Positions 47,470 to 61,899 of a stretch of 64,000 nt of DNA are shown in pieces. Position numbers and translations under genes: made by a program. Below the pieces are notes generated by a model. It was given only the letters and a program-made list of their open reading frames with translations, was not told the origin of the DNA and made no database searches. The first letter of the stretch is position 1, and each line of letters opens with the position of its first letter. The DNA is taken from assembly GCF_018977255.1 (NCBI RefSeq), contig NW_024704742.1, positions 76,820,001-76,884,000 on the forward strand. Reading direction: 5' to 3'. The stretch comes from Callorhinchus milii (lineage: Eukaryota).

Positions 47470-47965
47470 TGGCAAATTAATTTTTAATGCAGACAAATCA
47501 AGGTTATACATTTTTGGAGGAAGAATAAGAAGAGCAAGTATGTATTAAGTAATCAAGTAATAAAAAAAGTGGGAGAGCAAAGAGACTTGGAAATTAACAT
47601 GCATATATCCTTAAAGGTGGGAAAGCAGGTGGACAAGCTGTCAAAAATGCTAATGGAATCCTAGGGTTTATAAGTTGGGGTATAGAAAACAAAACCAAAG
47701 AAGTAATGCTAAATGTATATAAATTATTAGTTAGACCTCATTTGGAAAATTGTGTCCAACATTGGTCACCTCACTTTAGGAAAGACATTGAGGCCATAGA
47801 GGGGTTGCAATGGTTTGGCCTATGAGTGGAAACTGAAGGTGCTGGGACTTTTTCTGTTGGAAAGGGCAGGTAATTGAGACTGAAACGATGGCTCTTAAAG
47901 GAGCTGGCACAGACACAATGGGCTGAATTAACTATTTCTGTGCCATAAATTTCTATGGTTCTATG
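47470..47965 (+). mobile_element. Degenerate CR1 3' fragment (a similar piece lies at about 46720-46935)
   Basis: gttagacctcatttggaaaattgtgtccaacattggtcacc (RPHLEYCVQFWSP-like); tail ...tttctatggttctatg. Confidence 0.75.
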
Positions 47966-49161
47966 TGAACGATGTCCATTTATAATGCAATATAACTTGG
48001 TTTGTTGGCTTCCAATTTTTCCAAGGTCGGGTTTTCTAACCAACCATGAGATGGCTCCCTTAGCTTTGAAGTTTCACAAATACATATACAATTGATGCAA
48101 AGTTTATTTAGTCACTCAGACATCTAAGACACTTTTGGCAAATAAGCAAGTTATACAAACAATCAGGACTTATTAAACAATCATTAAAGCTTGGGTTGGC
48201 ACACTGTTGTCAACATAAGCTTCAGAAGCCTGCAATAGATGTCGCTTGCCGTAGAAGATTTCATCCTTATGTACTCTTAACTTTGCTTAGATGTCAAGCC
48301 GTTATCCGTGCCTTGCAGTTTCCCATTCTCTTATCAGTGCGCTCATAGCTGGGTGCCAATTCTACAGCATATTTTTCTTAGAATATTTAACAGGATATTT
48401 TTCTTAGAATATTTAATGTGGTGTCTCTTTTCTCTGTGATGACTTCAAGCAAGATGATTGTCATCCCCTCTCTGTTTGACGTCCTAAGGCAGACACATCA
48501 ATGAGGAGATCATACGATCCAGATTCCAAACCGTTTTGCTCACAAAATACATAGTCAATCCACTTTACAGTGTATCCTATGAAGCGCTTTGAGACGTCTC
48601 ATTGACGTGAAAAGGCTCTACATCAAATGCAAGGATTTATTTATTATAAAAGGTGGAATAACAAACCATATTTTGAAAAAAAAGGTAATAGCTGTGGGTT
48701 GTAAACAGGAGACAGCTGGCCTCTTTATTTTGTGTCACTGTTTTTATTAGTGCAACCTGTCATTCTTATCTCAACATCTGCTTCAAAGTGAAGAAAATCA
48801 ATATTCATTGGGCTTTCCAGTTTTCTCCTAATTAATTTCCATGGTTAAACGTTTTTTTTGTTTGATTCCAAACTGACTGATTTTCCAGGTCATATAGTCA
48901 CCATGTTATTGTTAGTGATGTACCTGTCCATAGGACATGGGCAGGCGGTAAGCTTATGACACAGATGTTGTCCACTTTTGTAGTCAAAGGTGTTATTGAT
49001 CAAAAATGATAATCAACAAGAACACCTTGTATTTTTACAACACGCTTCACATAGAATAGTCTCTTAGTGCGCTTCATATTTAGAGCACCAGACAAAAAGG
49101 TAGTTTTTTGGTGGGATTTAAAGCCAGATAGAGAGGAAGTGAGATGGAATGGAAAAGGGAA

Positions 49162-49540
49162 GGAGTCCTGTAGCATATTGTTTAGATATCTCGTTTTGCA
49201 AATGAGAAGACCTGGATTCGATTCCTGGGTGGGGTGAAACATCCGACAAGTTTCCTTACTCCACAGGCCGCTGTTAATCTAGCAGTCAGTGGGAACCTGG
49301 TTGTTAGTCGATTGGCAGATTGCTTTTCCAGGGGTAATAACCCTTTCAGAAATAAAATTTAGAAAAATAATAATTTGATCTCTCAATGCATGACAGTTTG
49401 TGGGACACTGCTGTGCGTAATTCGCTGCTGCATTTTGCCCACAAAGTATAGTCAATTGACTTTACAATATATTCTGCGAAGCGCTTTGAGACATCTCGAA
49501 AACGTGATAAGGCGCTATATCAAATGTAAGAATCATCATA
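49162..49540 (+). mobile_element. SINE family A, long form
   Basis: Head, central segment, body and tail. Confidence 0.88.
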
Positions 49541-49639
49541 ATTACGAAGGATGAGAGCAGAGTTTTAAAAACTCGGCCATTGATGGTGGACTGGAGAGAG
49601 GCTACAATCACAGCTGCCAATCTGGGCTAGATTTGAGCC

Positions 49640-50345
49640 AACTTGATTTCTCCCCCACGTGCACGCCATGACCAGCACTGCCTACCACCACCTCCACAAC
49701 ATTGCCAGACTCCGCCACTGCCTCACCCCTCAGGCTGCCGAAACCCTCACTCACGCATTCGTCACATCATACCTTGATTATGCAAACTCGCTGCTCATCG
49801 GCCTTCCCAACTCTTCCCTTCCTCCAAAACTCTGCAGCTCGTGTACTCTCACCACCAGGCTCCGTGACCCTATCACTCCCACCCTCGACGACTTCAAAGG
49901 CTCCCCATCCCCCAGAGGATTGAGTTCAAGATCCTCGTCCTCACCTTTAAGGCCATCCATGGCCTTGCCCCTTCCTACCTCTCTGACCTGCTGCTCCCTA
50001 CCAACCTGCCCGTTTCCTCTGTTCAGCGAGCTCTGGTCTGCTCCATGTCTCCCGTCTGACCCATCTTCCCATCGGTGGCCGGGCTTTCAGCCTCTTTGCC
50101 GCCACACTATGGAACTCTATCCCACGGTCCCTTCCCCTCGCTTCCTCCCTTGCCTCCTTCAAGGCCGGTCTCAAGACCCTTCTCTTCGATCATGCCTTCA
50201 GTCTCCCTCCCACCTCTCTGCCTTCCCTCACCACTACCCCACCGCTCCTCCATGCTCGGGCCCCGACACCTGACTGTTCAACACTTTGGTGCGTCCTCCC
50301 GATGTGAAAGGCGCTCTATAAATGTAATTTTGTTGTTGTTGTTAT
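49640..50345 (+). mobile_element. L2 3' end with (TTG)n tail
   Basis: [40 protein letters not shown]; tail gcgtcctcccgatgtgaaaggcgctctataaatg(ttg)n. Confidence 0.93.
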
Positions 50346-50799
50346 TAATTCAAAATGTTCACTTACTGTTCACTACTCCTACTGCTACTGCTATTACTGT
50401 TATTCATAAATTTTTATTACTCCAAAATAAAATATTAATTTGTTCAATCAGTCAACGACTGTTTGTGGGACACTGCTGTGCGCAATTGGCTGCCATGTTT
50501 AGCCCTCAAAAATATACAGTCAATTCACTTTACAGTATAGTCTTTGAAGTGCTTTGACATGTTTCAACAACGTGATAATGCGCTATATCGAATATAAGGA
50601 TTGTTATTTTTATTACTGTACCACCTCAATTTTTGTTTGTTTACTTTTCATTGTATTCATTGAAAAATATGCAGTTGATTTAATCTTTCATTTTAGTTCA
50701 AATTTGAGATTTGGCTGCATTGTCACCTGCTATGTAAAACAGCAATATCTGTCTGGTGTAACTTTTCCTTGAACTCCAATTTATGATTTTATTTTAGTT

Positions 50800-51088
50800 C
50801 ACTGCTTAGGCTGGCATTCCAGTGGTGGGAGAGCGAGATATTTTTGGAGGTGCCGTCCTTCAGATGAGATATCTAACTGAAACCCGCCTACCTGTTTAGA
50901 TGGACGTTAAAGATTCCATGGCACTATTCAAAAAGAGAAGGGAGTTTCTCCCGGTATCTTGGCCAACAATCTCCCAGGTAAAATTGGTCATGCATTTCAT
51001 GGCTATTTGCAGGACATTTCTGTGTGCAAATTAGCTACTTCAATCGCCTACAAAATAGATACACTTTACAGTATGTTATAATATATTG
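50800..51088 (+). mobile_element. Deu-domain SINE family B (further fragments at about 19480-19680, 46320-46640 and 53030-53260)
   Basis: ggaggtgccgtccttcagatgagat...ggacgttaaagattccatggcactattcaaaaagagaagggagtttctcccgg. Confidence 0.78.
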
Positions 51089-51268
51089 TGGAGTCCTGTA
51101 GCTCGGTGTTAGAGCACTCACCACGCAAGCGAGAGAAATGGGTTTGATTCCCGGCGGGTTGAAACCTTGGGCAAGTTTCCTTACTCCACACGCCTGATAA
51201 TAATCCCTCAAGAAAAAAACGCTTTGAGATGTCTAGAAGATGTGGAAAGCGCTGTATCAATTGCAAGG

Positions 51269-51336
<68 letters not shown>
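51089..51336 (+). mobile_element. SINE family A, internally deleted
   Basis: Head joined directly to the tail hairpin, then (TTA)n. Confidence 0.85.
51269..51336 (+). repeat. (TTA)n microsatellite, expanded SINE tail
   Basis: About 22 ATT units after TGCAAGG. Confidence 0.95.
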
Positions 51337-51458
51337 GTGAACTACTTTCAAATGACCTCCTGATGTGACAGGTGTGTTATCAAATTCAAGGATTATTTTA
51401 TTATTGTTTAAATCAACAGCCAAGAGAGAGACATAAGTGTACTTTGTTTTTCTTACAG

Positions 51459-51493
51459 GAACAATTTGAAGATGCCTTTGAAAACATCCCAAA
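51459..51493 (+). CDS. TTC39B: TTC39B exon 2 (35-nt micro-exon; EQFEDAFENIP)
   Basis: Polypyrimidine tract + ttacag| acceptor and |gtaagt donor, in frame with exon 1. FEDA.E.I matches TTC39 family DVFEDALETI. Confidence 0.85.
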
Positions 51494-51882
51494 GTAAGTA
51501 ATATGTACCTATACTTAAATTCAGGGTGGTCCACCCTTTTGGCCACCCTGGGCTGGATGCCCTATTTGAGAAAGGACCGCAGGCATTATAAGCAATATTT
51601 TGTGTTTCCCTTCCACAACCTTTTTCATGCTGGAAGGACATCTTGACACTATTGTCAATCTTTGTTGTGAAGCTCCACAAATGGATCCAGTGATTCCAAA
51701 TTATAAACATTGAATCCTATTTCTCTCATGTGTCTGTCGTCTCTATTTAAAACTATCATTACTCCTACAGCCTTTTAATAGAGCATTTCTGGCATCTCAG
51801 ATCTCTCCTGCCCACAAAAACATCCCTCTTTACCCTGTTTCTATCACTAATCACTAATTCTTTCACTTTCTGTTTCTATCAC

Positions 51883-52203
51883 TGGAGTCCTGTCGTTCAG
51901 TGGTTAGAGCACTCGCCTTGCAAGTGAGACACCTGGGTTCAATACCAGGGAGGGTGAAACCTTGGGCAAGTTTACTTACTCCACATGCCTAATAATAATC
52001 CCTCCAAAACAAAAAAAAATTGGTCATTTTCAATCCACGACTGTTTGTGGAACACTGCTGTGCGCAATTGGCTGCCACGTTTCGCCCACAAATATACAGT
52101 CAATTCACTTTACAGTCTATTTGTGAAGCACTTTGAGATGTCGAGAAGACGTGAAAAGTGCTATATCAAATGCAAGGAATATTATTATATTATTATAATT
52201 AAT
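51883..52203 (+). mobile_element. SINE family A, short form
   Basis: Full head, body and tail. Confidence 0.92.
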
Positions 52204-54929
52204 ATTCTGCAGTATGCCAGGGTGTTCAGAATGAAGAAGTAAATCTTTCTATCTTGTAGGATCATCTTCATTCAAATTGAAGATGTCAGCTGCAATACAA
52301 TACAATTTACATTTATTTAGCACCTTTCACATCAGGAGAATGTCTCCAAGCACCTCACACTTCACACCAGACTCCCACCAAATCATCCATGCAGATCCTT
52401 ACAAAGAATCCAGGCTAATTTTGTTGAAAAATGTTTGAAATGATGGCCTTGCTAGGAAAAGTATTTAGACAGCTAATGTACAAGTGTGCATTCAATACCG
52501 CTAGGGCTTGAGTACTGAGCTCCTAACCAGAGCTTGTAACTATTTTATAGCAGTGGACTGTTCTGTTCTTGCAATTTCATTGCATCTTGAAGAATGAATA
52601 ATCAACAACAAGAGCTTGCGCTTATATAGCGACCTTCATACAGGGTAGTGTCCCAGAGCGCTTGACACCAATCACCATTGTGTAGTGAGGCTACTTGTCG
52701 CTATTCAGTTTTTGTTCTGTTCTTTTGTGGAGATGAGGAGGTGAATTCCTGCCAATGCTTATTGAGTCTGATCAACGGGTTCCTTTGCCAGTTTATTTTA
52801 CAGCCTAACATTAGCCAAGGAGTATAATACACAGGGAAAGCGTTAATCAATGAGGAACATGCTTTTAGTTCAATGCCATTATGTTCCCAAAGGCTGAGTA
52901 TATTAAGAATTCTCTGGAAAAATAACATGGAAGTGTTATAGAAACTGTGATTCTTCAACACGATGCCTTTACTAAAAGGGGAATATTTAAAGGTTGAAAG
53001 CCTCTTGTTGCCATGCAGCAATTGGCATGATATGTGCTCAAAAGAGAAGGGAGTTTCTCCTGGTGTCCTGGCCAACAATCTCTCAGATAAAATTGGTCAT
53101 TCACTTCATGGCTGCTTATGGGACATTGTTGTGCACAATTGTGGCTGCAGGGTTTGCCTACATATATGGAGTCACTCAACTTCACAGTAAATTCTGCAAA
53201 TGTGCTTTGAGACATCCTCGTGACGTGAAAGGTGCTGTAACAAATGCAAGGAATATTATTTTGATGAGCACAAAACTGCCTTTCTCTCCCCCTCCCCTGT
53301 AAGATAAATTAAACCTAAGTTTGTGACTGTAAAATAGCATAACTAGTTGAATAAGGAGAACTGAACAGAAGGACAGACAATAGAGTAGGTGGTGCACTCT
53401 ACACATGTTGTGAAATGCTATTAGAATACTGTATAGTCACAGTGTAGGAGCTCAGCACATTTTTCAATCCAGTTTGCACCATCTGGTTAGTACTCAGTCT
53501 GCTGCAATCCCTTGTGTTTTCGTCACTCTGTTCAACTCCCAGATCACTGGTAATGATCTGCTGTGAATGGAGCAATACCCAACCTGCCAATTGTAGGTAA
53601 AAAGGAATGTGAGTCAGATTCCACACTCCTGATATTGAGCCTGTCTCGTCCTGTCATTTTTCCGAACCATTTCAGCAAGATCGGGCAGTTCATCTTTGTC
53701 TACGTTTTGCTGCCTCTGGTCATGAAGTTTCTTGAACAGTGACATGTTAGAATACAAAGGTGAGAAGAAGCTCCCAGTATCTATTTCTGCATGTCCTAAC
53801 TAGATTGCAAGGCTGAGTTCCTTCCTCTACTCTGCTCATTGAAATACACAGATATATACCTTTTTTCTGTATGGACACTTTCCATGGTGACTATCCTACA
53901 GTATTTGCAGACCTGCAGAGTGTTTTTTTGATTCACAATATTTTGGAATGGAGAGGGATGGGAAACGAGCAGAAGTATAACAGAATTCTTCAAAGGATTA
54001 ATTGACCTTTCTTTTAAGCTGAAATCTGGAGCTCTCCTCTGGGGGTTATTGTGGTCTTCTGAACATTGCCTTTTATGAGTAATAACTAATTAATAAAGGT
54101 ACTGGGAAGAAATTGAATATTCTCTAAGAAAGTCCTTCCTATCTTTGTAGAAAAAAATGACAAATTGGCTAGTATTCACAGCAACTAAGAGTCCCTGATG
54201 TTATACAAGCACATGGAGGAGATATTCCACCTGGGTCTAGATTTGTTCAATTAACGTAGCATTTCAGAGTGACCAGAATTTTGCAAATTTGTAAACACAG
54301 CCTTGATTTTTCTGTACGTTTCATTTACAAACTGCAGAGAAACTGACTTTGAAGTTGAATTCAACAATTTGTCAGATTCTGGGTTTTCTAAAATGCTGTG
54401 TTAGTACAATAAACACAAGACAATTGGAAAATCAATCATCTTTCCTTAAAGCCTATTGAGAATATAATTTATTTTATAATTGACACGCTTAGATTTATAG
54501 TAATCTGTGCATTTGATATAACCTTTCACATCAGGAGGGTATTTCAAAGAGCTTCACAAGATGTACTTAATAGTGTAACGACTGTATTTTGTAGGTGAAC
54601 ACTGGGTATTTTGAAGCCCTGGGCTTACTGATGTACTTTTTTTTCACTTTAGCAAAACTAAGGTTGATTTGAAAATAGCTTCCGTTTCAAAAGGGGTTTT
54701 GATCTGATTGGAAAGCTTCAATGAATGTCGTTGTTGAAGTTTAGACATTGGCTGATTTGTAACTCAAATGTACTTAATTGTGATTATTTTTAGACAAAGC
54801 TGTGCTGATTAATATACCTTAACATGTTGCTTATAGCTGGTCCCTCTGAGATTGCCTCCTCTGTAGATTAAAGTGAGTCACTAATCTGTCTCATCAGGCA
54901 CGAGAGATACAATTGTGCTGCTGTTTGCT

Positions 54930-55150
54930 GCTCCTCTTTGCCCTCATCAGTGGCCCGTACATTCAGCCATTCTGCCCCTAACGTCTGGATCCTCCTGTAT
55001 CAATCCCTCCTCCTAGCCTGCTCTTCATCTACCTTTAAATCCTGGTTGAAGACCAACCTTCCCTACCGTGTATATGATCCGGTATCCAATCCTACCTCTG
55101 TGCAACGTTCCGAGTCCCTACCCTGCATGAAGTGCACTGTATAAATGCAA
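54930..55150 (+). mobile_element. Old L2 3' fragment
   Basis: FSHSAPNVW...FKSWLKT; tail ...ctgtataaatgca. Confidence 0.65.
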
Positions 55151-57726
55151 AAAAGCATTTTATTATTATTATTATTATTATAAAAAAGCGCTATATCAAA
55201 TGCAAGGATTATTATTATTCTTAAGTTGTTCTTGATGTTTTGACCTTCAGCCTATATTCAGGAGGTAGAGTAGGTCAAAGGAACAGAATTGTCTGTCCAA
55301 AAATGAATTACATTTGGAGCATAAAATCGAGTATAACTATCAGATACTCTTTCTCCAGAAAAAAGCGCAGCAAAGACACACTTTTTAGATTTGGTGTTTC
55401 ATGTGCGTTGCAAGGAATGCTTTGAAATATGAATACCATCATTGATACTAAATTCAAAGCAATGTTTCCGATTTCAAAGAGATGGCACCAAACAGACATT
55501 TCAATTGATATTCCTTTTTTGTCTAAAGACTGAATAGATTTCACAGATTTTATCTTAACATCGAAATTGGGTAAATTGGATTCAGGAACATAATTGACCC
55601 ATCAGCTGTAGGGTAAGCTGGGTTTTTAAATGTTACTTATTTAAAAAAAACCTATAAACTTAATCAAAAAAATGTCTTGCATTTGAACTTTCTTGGGTCA
55701 GAGTTTCTCTGAGAACTTAGGGAGTAAAGCTCCTATGTGATACTAGACCACACAATGTGGCCATTTGCAGGTTCAAATGTTACATTAGCTGATTATTGAG
55801 GGAGCACTAGGAGTCATACAACTGACATAAAAACAAATTAGCCAAGGCACTTGTTTGCTCTCCCAATATTCCTACTGAATTTTTGAATGTAAGCATTAGG
55901 TGAACACTGGGTTAGACTGTGAAAAGCCCCTCTTTTATAATAAACCTTGCATTTGATATTGCGCCTTATCATATCTTTGTGCTGCTGGAAGCTGCCCTCC
56001 CTCCATTTCCGACCACTTTCCACCTCTAGCTCAGGCTCCCAGTTAGTCTTTGTAAAGTGCTTTGAGACATTCTCCCATTGTGAAATATACTATATAAGTC
56101 TAAATTGTTGTGCTTGAAAGAAGAAGCTGTTACTAAGTCAAATACCTTGAAGGGCGAGAGATAGAGAGAGAAAATTGGAACAGAAAAATTGGTGAGGAAA
56201 CACAAACGTTGCTGGGTAACTCATTGACCGTCCTTTAAACCTTTTCTTAATTGAAAGTAAGTAAACTGGTTGCGTGACTAGCTCTTTGATAACACTGAAA
56301 AGGGAACTGGTATTCAGTGAATGGCTCTTTCCTTATCTTATGTGAAATCTATTGTGCTGCGAGAAATGTCAAGTAGGATGTCCTGGCCTAATCACTCTAC
56401 AGCTAGGAGTGGTACAGAACTCCTTGTGGTGTAAATCCAGCACTAAAACAAGTGCTGTTCATGGAGCTTTGTGCATTGTGTTTAGTTACGTGTGGCCAGA
56501 GTTTCCCTCAGCCCCAACTTAGAAAATTAAAATACTGTTTCTTGCTTCGAATAAATCTATTGCTAGAAGTGATAACAAATCACTCCAATATTATAAGGGC
56601 CAGTGCAATGTAATATAGCTACGAGATTATTTTCTATTTACGTAAGGAAGCTTCCATTCACTTACCAAGAAGAAATACACTTACAATGCAGGTTTGTTAA
56701 TAGCACATTAATTGGGATGTGGACCCTGGCAATTCCATACCCCAAAATCTGCACGAAGAAAGCCAGCAAGCTCTGCTTATGAGCCACTGCGCTTCTAATA
56801 ACATTGTCATGCATCAAACCCATGATCGGGCAATACCAAGTTTTGACTCTACATCGATTCCACCAGTTGGCTTTCTACACACGTAAGCAATCACGTCACC
56901 AGTCCTACAATTTGGAGACATCCCAATGTTGACTGGGGATTGTGCCCCATTACAAGACAAGTTGGGATTTGCTGGACCCCTCCCCCACCAATTACTATGC
57001 TATAACTGAGGTTCACTGTAACTTGCTCTCCTCAAGCAGTGAACAGCAGAATATAATGAATCAGGCTTGTTGCTGATGGTCCTGGTGATTTGTTCCTGTT
57101 TTAATGCGCAATTGATGTATAATTGAGGGCAACCTGAAATAGCAGGCTACAGTTACGACTGCTGCTTGGTTTTGATTAATATATTTGATCATTTCACAGA
57201 AAAATATCTTCTGGGCATGTATATATATTTTTATGCATTTAAATTTTGTTTCAACCTTGCAGTCATTTGAGGCAAACCTAATCTCTATTTGGTTGATGTG
57301 CTAAGCAAAAGATTTGGGTTGTGGAGGATTTTAGGATGGTGAACAGGAGGAGTTGGGGGTGGGGCGGGGGTTCGAGAGTAGGGATACATGCTGCGCTTTA
57401 CTGCTTTACTGCAAGCTGCCAGAATGTACAGTTCTCTTTGTCAGATGTCACCACTGCCTCACACATTCTGGTTCAATCCAGGATCTGCACCCTTTTGTAC
57501 CCGGGGATATTGGTGAAAATGGTGGCCAGCGGTTGTTTAAAAACCATCTAGTGAAATGTAAGTTGAGCATTTTTATGGAAAGCCAGAATTTCAATGGAAT
57601 GGCCTGCTCTGAGATTGATTTTTTTTTGTGTGCTATTTTTAGAATGACAGGAATGACTGCTTAAAAGAACAATTGTGCGGCAGTTAAACACAATTCATTT
57701 TAATTGTATGATCGTGTGAAGCATTT

Positions 57727-57895
57727 TGTGTGTGTATGTGTGTGTAAAGCATTATTATTATTATTATTATTATTTGTGTTTGTGTGTGTGTGTGTGTGTG
57801 TGTGGCGAGCACAGGGGGAGTATAGAACATGGGGTATTTGCATGTGTGGGGCGCATGGGGTGTGTGTGTGTAGCATGTTGCGTATATGTGTGTGA
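57727..57895. repeat. (TG)n-rich simple repeat region with embedded (TTA)n
   Basis: Visible TG dinucleotide runs. Confidence 0.85.
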
Positions 57896-58544
57896 GTTTC
57901 ATTTTGAATTTAAACAGTCTTTTGCTGTCGAGCTTTATGAAGTATATTCACTTTTATGTTCACTTATTTTCATCATTCATGTATGTAAAGATGGAGGTCG
58001 GTATCTGAATACAAATCTGTGTTTTTAGTTATTTTGTAGTACCTGACTTTTTTAATATTTGGGTAATGGATGTTTACACTGGGAAATAACATAGGCCAGA
58101 GGCAGAGTAAAGCGTCCTATGTTCTGTCACACTGATGTATGTATGTGCTTTAAACAGAGACGAGCACCGCTATTCACACACCAACCATCCTTGTCTGAGT
58201 CAGGCTGACAATCCTGTTGGACTTTAGTGGTGAGCTTTATGCCGTGGGCCAGCAATTACAAGGTTGAGAGTGACCAAACTCATTTGACTTCTGGCTTTTG
58301 CAATGAAACAGCTTTTCATCCCATCAGGCTGTGATGATACAAGAAGTGTATCATTTGATATAACACTATGCCCTGTTGTACAACAGGGCACTGCTGATGG
58401 TAGTACAGCCAGCCTGGCTCATCGGCAGAACCTGGAAGGGCAGACCAGTCACTGGTGGTCAAATATTAAGGATTATTATTGTTATTATTAGGAAGGATAA
58501 TTCTGATTCATTCAGGTTTAGGATGGGTTCTACAATATAATACT

Positions 58545-58856
58545 ACTACTAATAATAATCATCCTTGCACTTGATGTAGCGCTTTTCAAGTCTTCGAGAT
58601 GTCTCAAAGTGCTTTACAGAATATACTGTAAAGTAAATTGACTGTATATTTTGTGGGCGATATGAGGCAGCCAATTGCGCACAGCAGTGTCCCATAGACA
58701 GTCGTGGATTGAGTGATCAAATTATTATTTTATTTTTTAAATTTATTTTCTTGAGGGATTATTATCAGGCGTGTGGAGTAAGGAAACTTGCCAGTAATCA
58801 AACCCAGGTCTCTTGCTTATGAGGCGAGTGCTCTAACCACTGAGCTACAGGGCTCT
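58545..58856 (-). mobile_element. SINE family A, short form
   Basis: Full, with a small internal deletion. Confidence 0.9.
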
Positions 58857-60182
58857 ATGTTCTAGTCCATGTCTGAAGTCTGAATGTTAAAATAAAGTAC
58901 ACAATTCATGTGGAGGATAAACAATGGCACTGTCAAGTTGGGCTAAACTGTGTGTTTCAGTGCTGTATACTATATAAACTTATGTAAACTCAGGATGGTC
59001 AGAGTTCCTATCCATACACAACTCAGCATGGTGAGCATTTTAATTATACAATATATTGATGCTGATTTGATTCACTGTGAGGCAGGGTTTGTAACTCTCA
59101 GCCTCTGAATTAAATACATGTATGGAATTGATCCATCAGTATTGTGGAGACATTTAACTTCTCAGAGAATCTGATCTCTAATCTGTTACTGGCAATAGGA
59201 ATCTCGCAGCCTTAAATCCCCGCCATCCCTCCCCAAGACACTAGAGGGACACTAGCAAATCTACTTTTATTTTATCTTTTAAATCAGACTTTTAAAGGTC
59301 TCTGGATATTACAAGAGGGAACCTTACACCATGGTGCATGGGATGGCTGTGTGTATTTACAGAGAACCATGTCAGCCAGCTCAAATCTAAAGTCACTGAA
59401 TTAACCCGAACTAACTCCATTGAAGTCGCGCTGGGATTGTGATTTGGTGTGATGCTTATTTTTAATGCTAGTGTTTTTATTTTGACATAGATTATTTACA
59501 TAGATTACTTCCAATGAGACTGAGGAAAGGTTAGTTTTACGCACCATTTGTCTCTGGGTGACATATGCCTCCGTTGGAGCCTTGTTATATTGTGGCGTTT
59601 GGGAATAAAATTGAGCCTTGGTGGGTAGGTTTACTGCTCATTCACTCTTTGGTTCCAGTTCTGAAAAAAAAGCCCATTTGCAAGTTATCAAGTTGCTGCT
59701 GACATCATTATGTGTTTGCTGCTCATGAGCAATGCCAGAAATGGTATTGCAGCAGCCTGATGACCTGAATGTTGGCCTTTTTTAGTATGCGAACCGAAAA
59801 TGACCAACTTTCTGGAGGTCAGTTCTCCGTTGCACAGTGCACAGCGAATGATGTTAGTAGAGGTCTGACCAGTGCACACTTCCTGCACATAGTGTGTATG
59901 CATTCAACATCAGGAAGGGATATCAGAATGAAGTTGAAGACTGAATGTCGTCAATGTTTAGGGCAGGGAGCTGGCTAGTCAGTGCTGGAAGCCTATGCTC
60001 AGATGTACAATTAATGTGGTTAGCTGCGTAGAGACCCACACTATAAGTGAGACTGCATTATATCGAATGGTGCTGTAATGAGGTTTCCCTGGATTTGCTT
60101 TTGGCAGGTTTGTGCAAACCCAATTTGTTTACAATTCATGGGGTCTGGTGAATACATGTTGTGCTCCTCCTGTGCTGATAGT

Positions 60183-60560
60183 TGTCAGCCTGGCTCGGTT
60201 GATAGCACTCTCGCCTCAGAGTCAGAGGTTGTGAGTTCAAGTCCCATGTCCCACACTTCAATACAGTGCTGCGGGATGCTGCATTGTCAGAGATGCTCTT
60301 AAAGCAAGGTGCTATCTGCCTATAGGTAGACGTTGAAGATCCCATAGCACTATTTGAAAAGAGAAGAGAGTTTCTCCAAGTGTCCGAGCCAACAATCTGC
60401 CATACATAATTGGCCATACACATTTGTGGGACATTGCTATGTGTAAATTGATTGTTGTATTTGCCGACAAATACAGTCACTACACTTCACAGTAAATCCT
60501 GTGAAGTAATTGAGATGTTTTGGAAACATGTTGAGGCATTATATTAAAAGCAATTACTAT
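60183..60560 (+). mobile_element. Older Deu-domain SINE (family B; AmnSINE1/SacSINE1-like)
   Basis: tRNA-like head (tggctcggttgatagc...gagttcaagtccc), then the Deu-type block gctgcattgtcagag...gttgaagatcccatagcactatttgaaaagagaag...tttctcc, then an L2-type tail. Confidence 0.78.
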
Positions 60561-61571
60561 ATTTAACATTGAAATGATACAGGGAACTTATTTGGCAAAA
60601 GGCAGGTTTAATTCTTGTGTCTTAGTGTGAATTGCATGACGTTCAGCCTGGTAAGCGTGCAGAGCTACAGTAAGGTAGAACTGCTCAATCTCACTAGAGC
60701 TGCAGTGTGGAGGAACTGCCTGCGTGCTGCTTACATATGCCTCGACTGGCTGTGTGAAGGACAGGAGGGTTGATGTAGTTCCCCCATGAAGATAAGGCAT
60801 GTGAGTAATGAACAGCTTCTCTGTTGTAAAGCACAACTCAAATGACATTTCTCCAGGGTCCTTTATATTAGCGGATGTTGTGTGTGATTTAATTTTTCAT
60901 GCAATACCCTCTAATCCCTGGTGATGACATTGCTGCACTATACACATTTAATAATGAAGGAAGCAGATGCAGGACACAGCCGCAGAACACATTAAGGAAA
61001 ATAAAATAATGCCACAATACAGAGTAAAATTTATTTAGGCAGCTAGGTTTATGCTACAAAGGAATTTGAAGGAGGCAGATGCGTTGATTTGTTCTGGCCA
61101 GAAGACGGTGCTTGTTAATCATGAGCTATAATGAAATACCATAGCACTTAATGTTACGGTACAAAAATAGAACCCACATAACAAGTATTCTTGTTTGAAT
61201 GAGATAACAGAAAGCTGGTTCATTTTTATGTCCTTTTACAATATTTCATGGTGATTGTGGGATGATGTGCATGATTCTTGGTCGAGATTCATTGCACGTA
61301 TATTTTACATAGTCTACGCAAAATGCAGCTCAGTTACTGGAATGCAGATTTTTACAAATTAATTTTATTTTTAAACATTTTTTGTGTTTCTCATGCTTGA
61401 AAACATTCTTAAATGTGAAAATCTTGGTCAACGCAGTTGCTTTTATAGCTTTTATCTGCTTTTCCCCTTCTGTAATTTGGTTAAGAGTTAAACTTGCAGA
61501 TAACACCGAGTTGGGGGGTACTCTGGAATCAGAGGAGGTAGCAAAGATCTCACAAAGTGATCTTAATAGGG

Positions 61572-61788
61572 TTAATAATAATCCCTCCAAAACCAAAAAC
61601 AATAATAAATTGGTAATTTTCAATCTACGACTGTTTGTGGGACATTGCTGTGTGCAATTGGCTGCCGCGTTTGCCCACAAATATGCAGTCAATTTACTTT
61701 ACAGTGTATTCTGTGAAGTGCTTTGGGACGTCCTCCTGACGTGAAAAGCGCTATATCAAATGCAAGGATTATTATTATTATTATTAAT
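61572..61788 (+). mobile_element. SINE family A, 5'-truncated
   Basis: Body and tail nearly identical to the reverse complement of 2208-2420. Confidence 0.9.
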
Positions 61789-61899
61789 CAGGGCTGATAA
61801 TTGACAAATGAAGTATAATACAGATAAATTCAAGGCAGTACATACAGAATGTGAGAACAGGAAACACAAGTACTCCATGGATAAAATAAAACTTATCAA

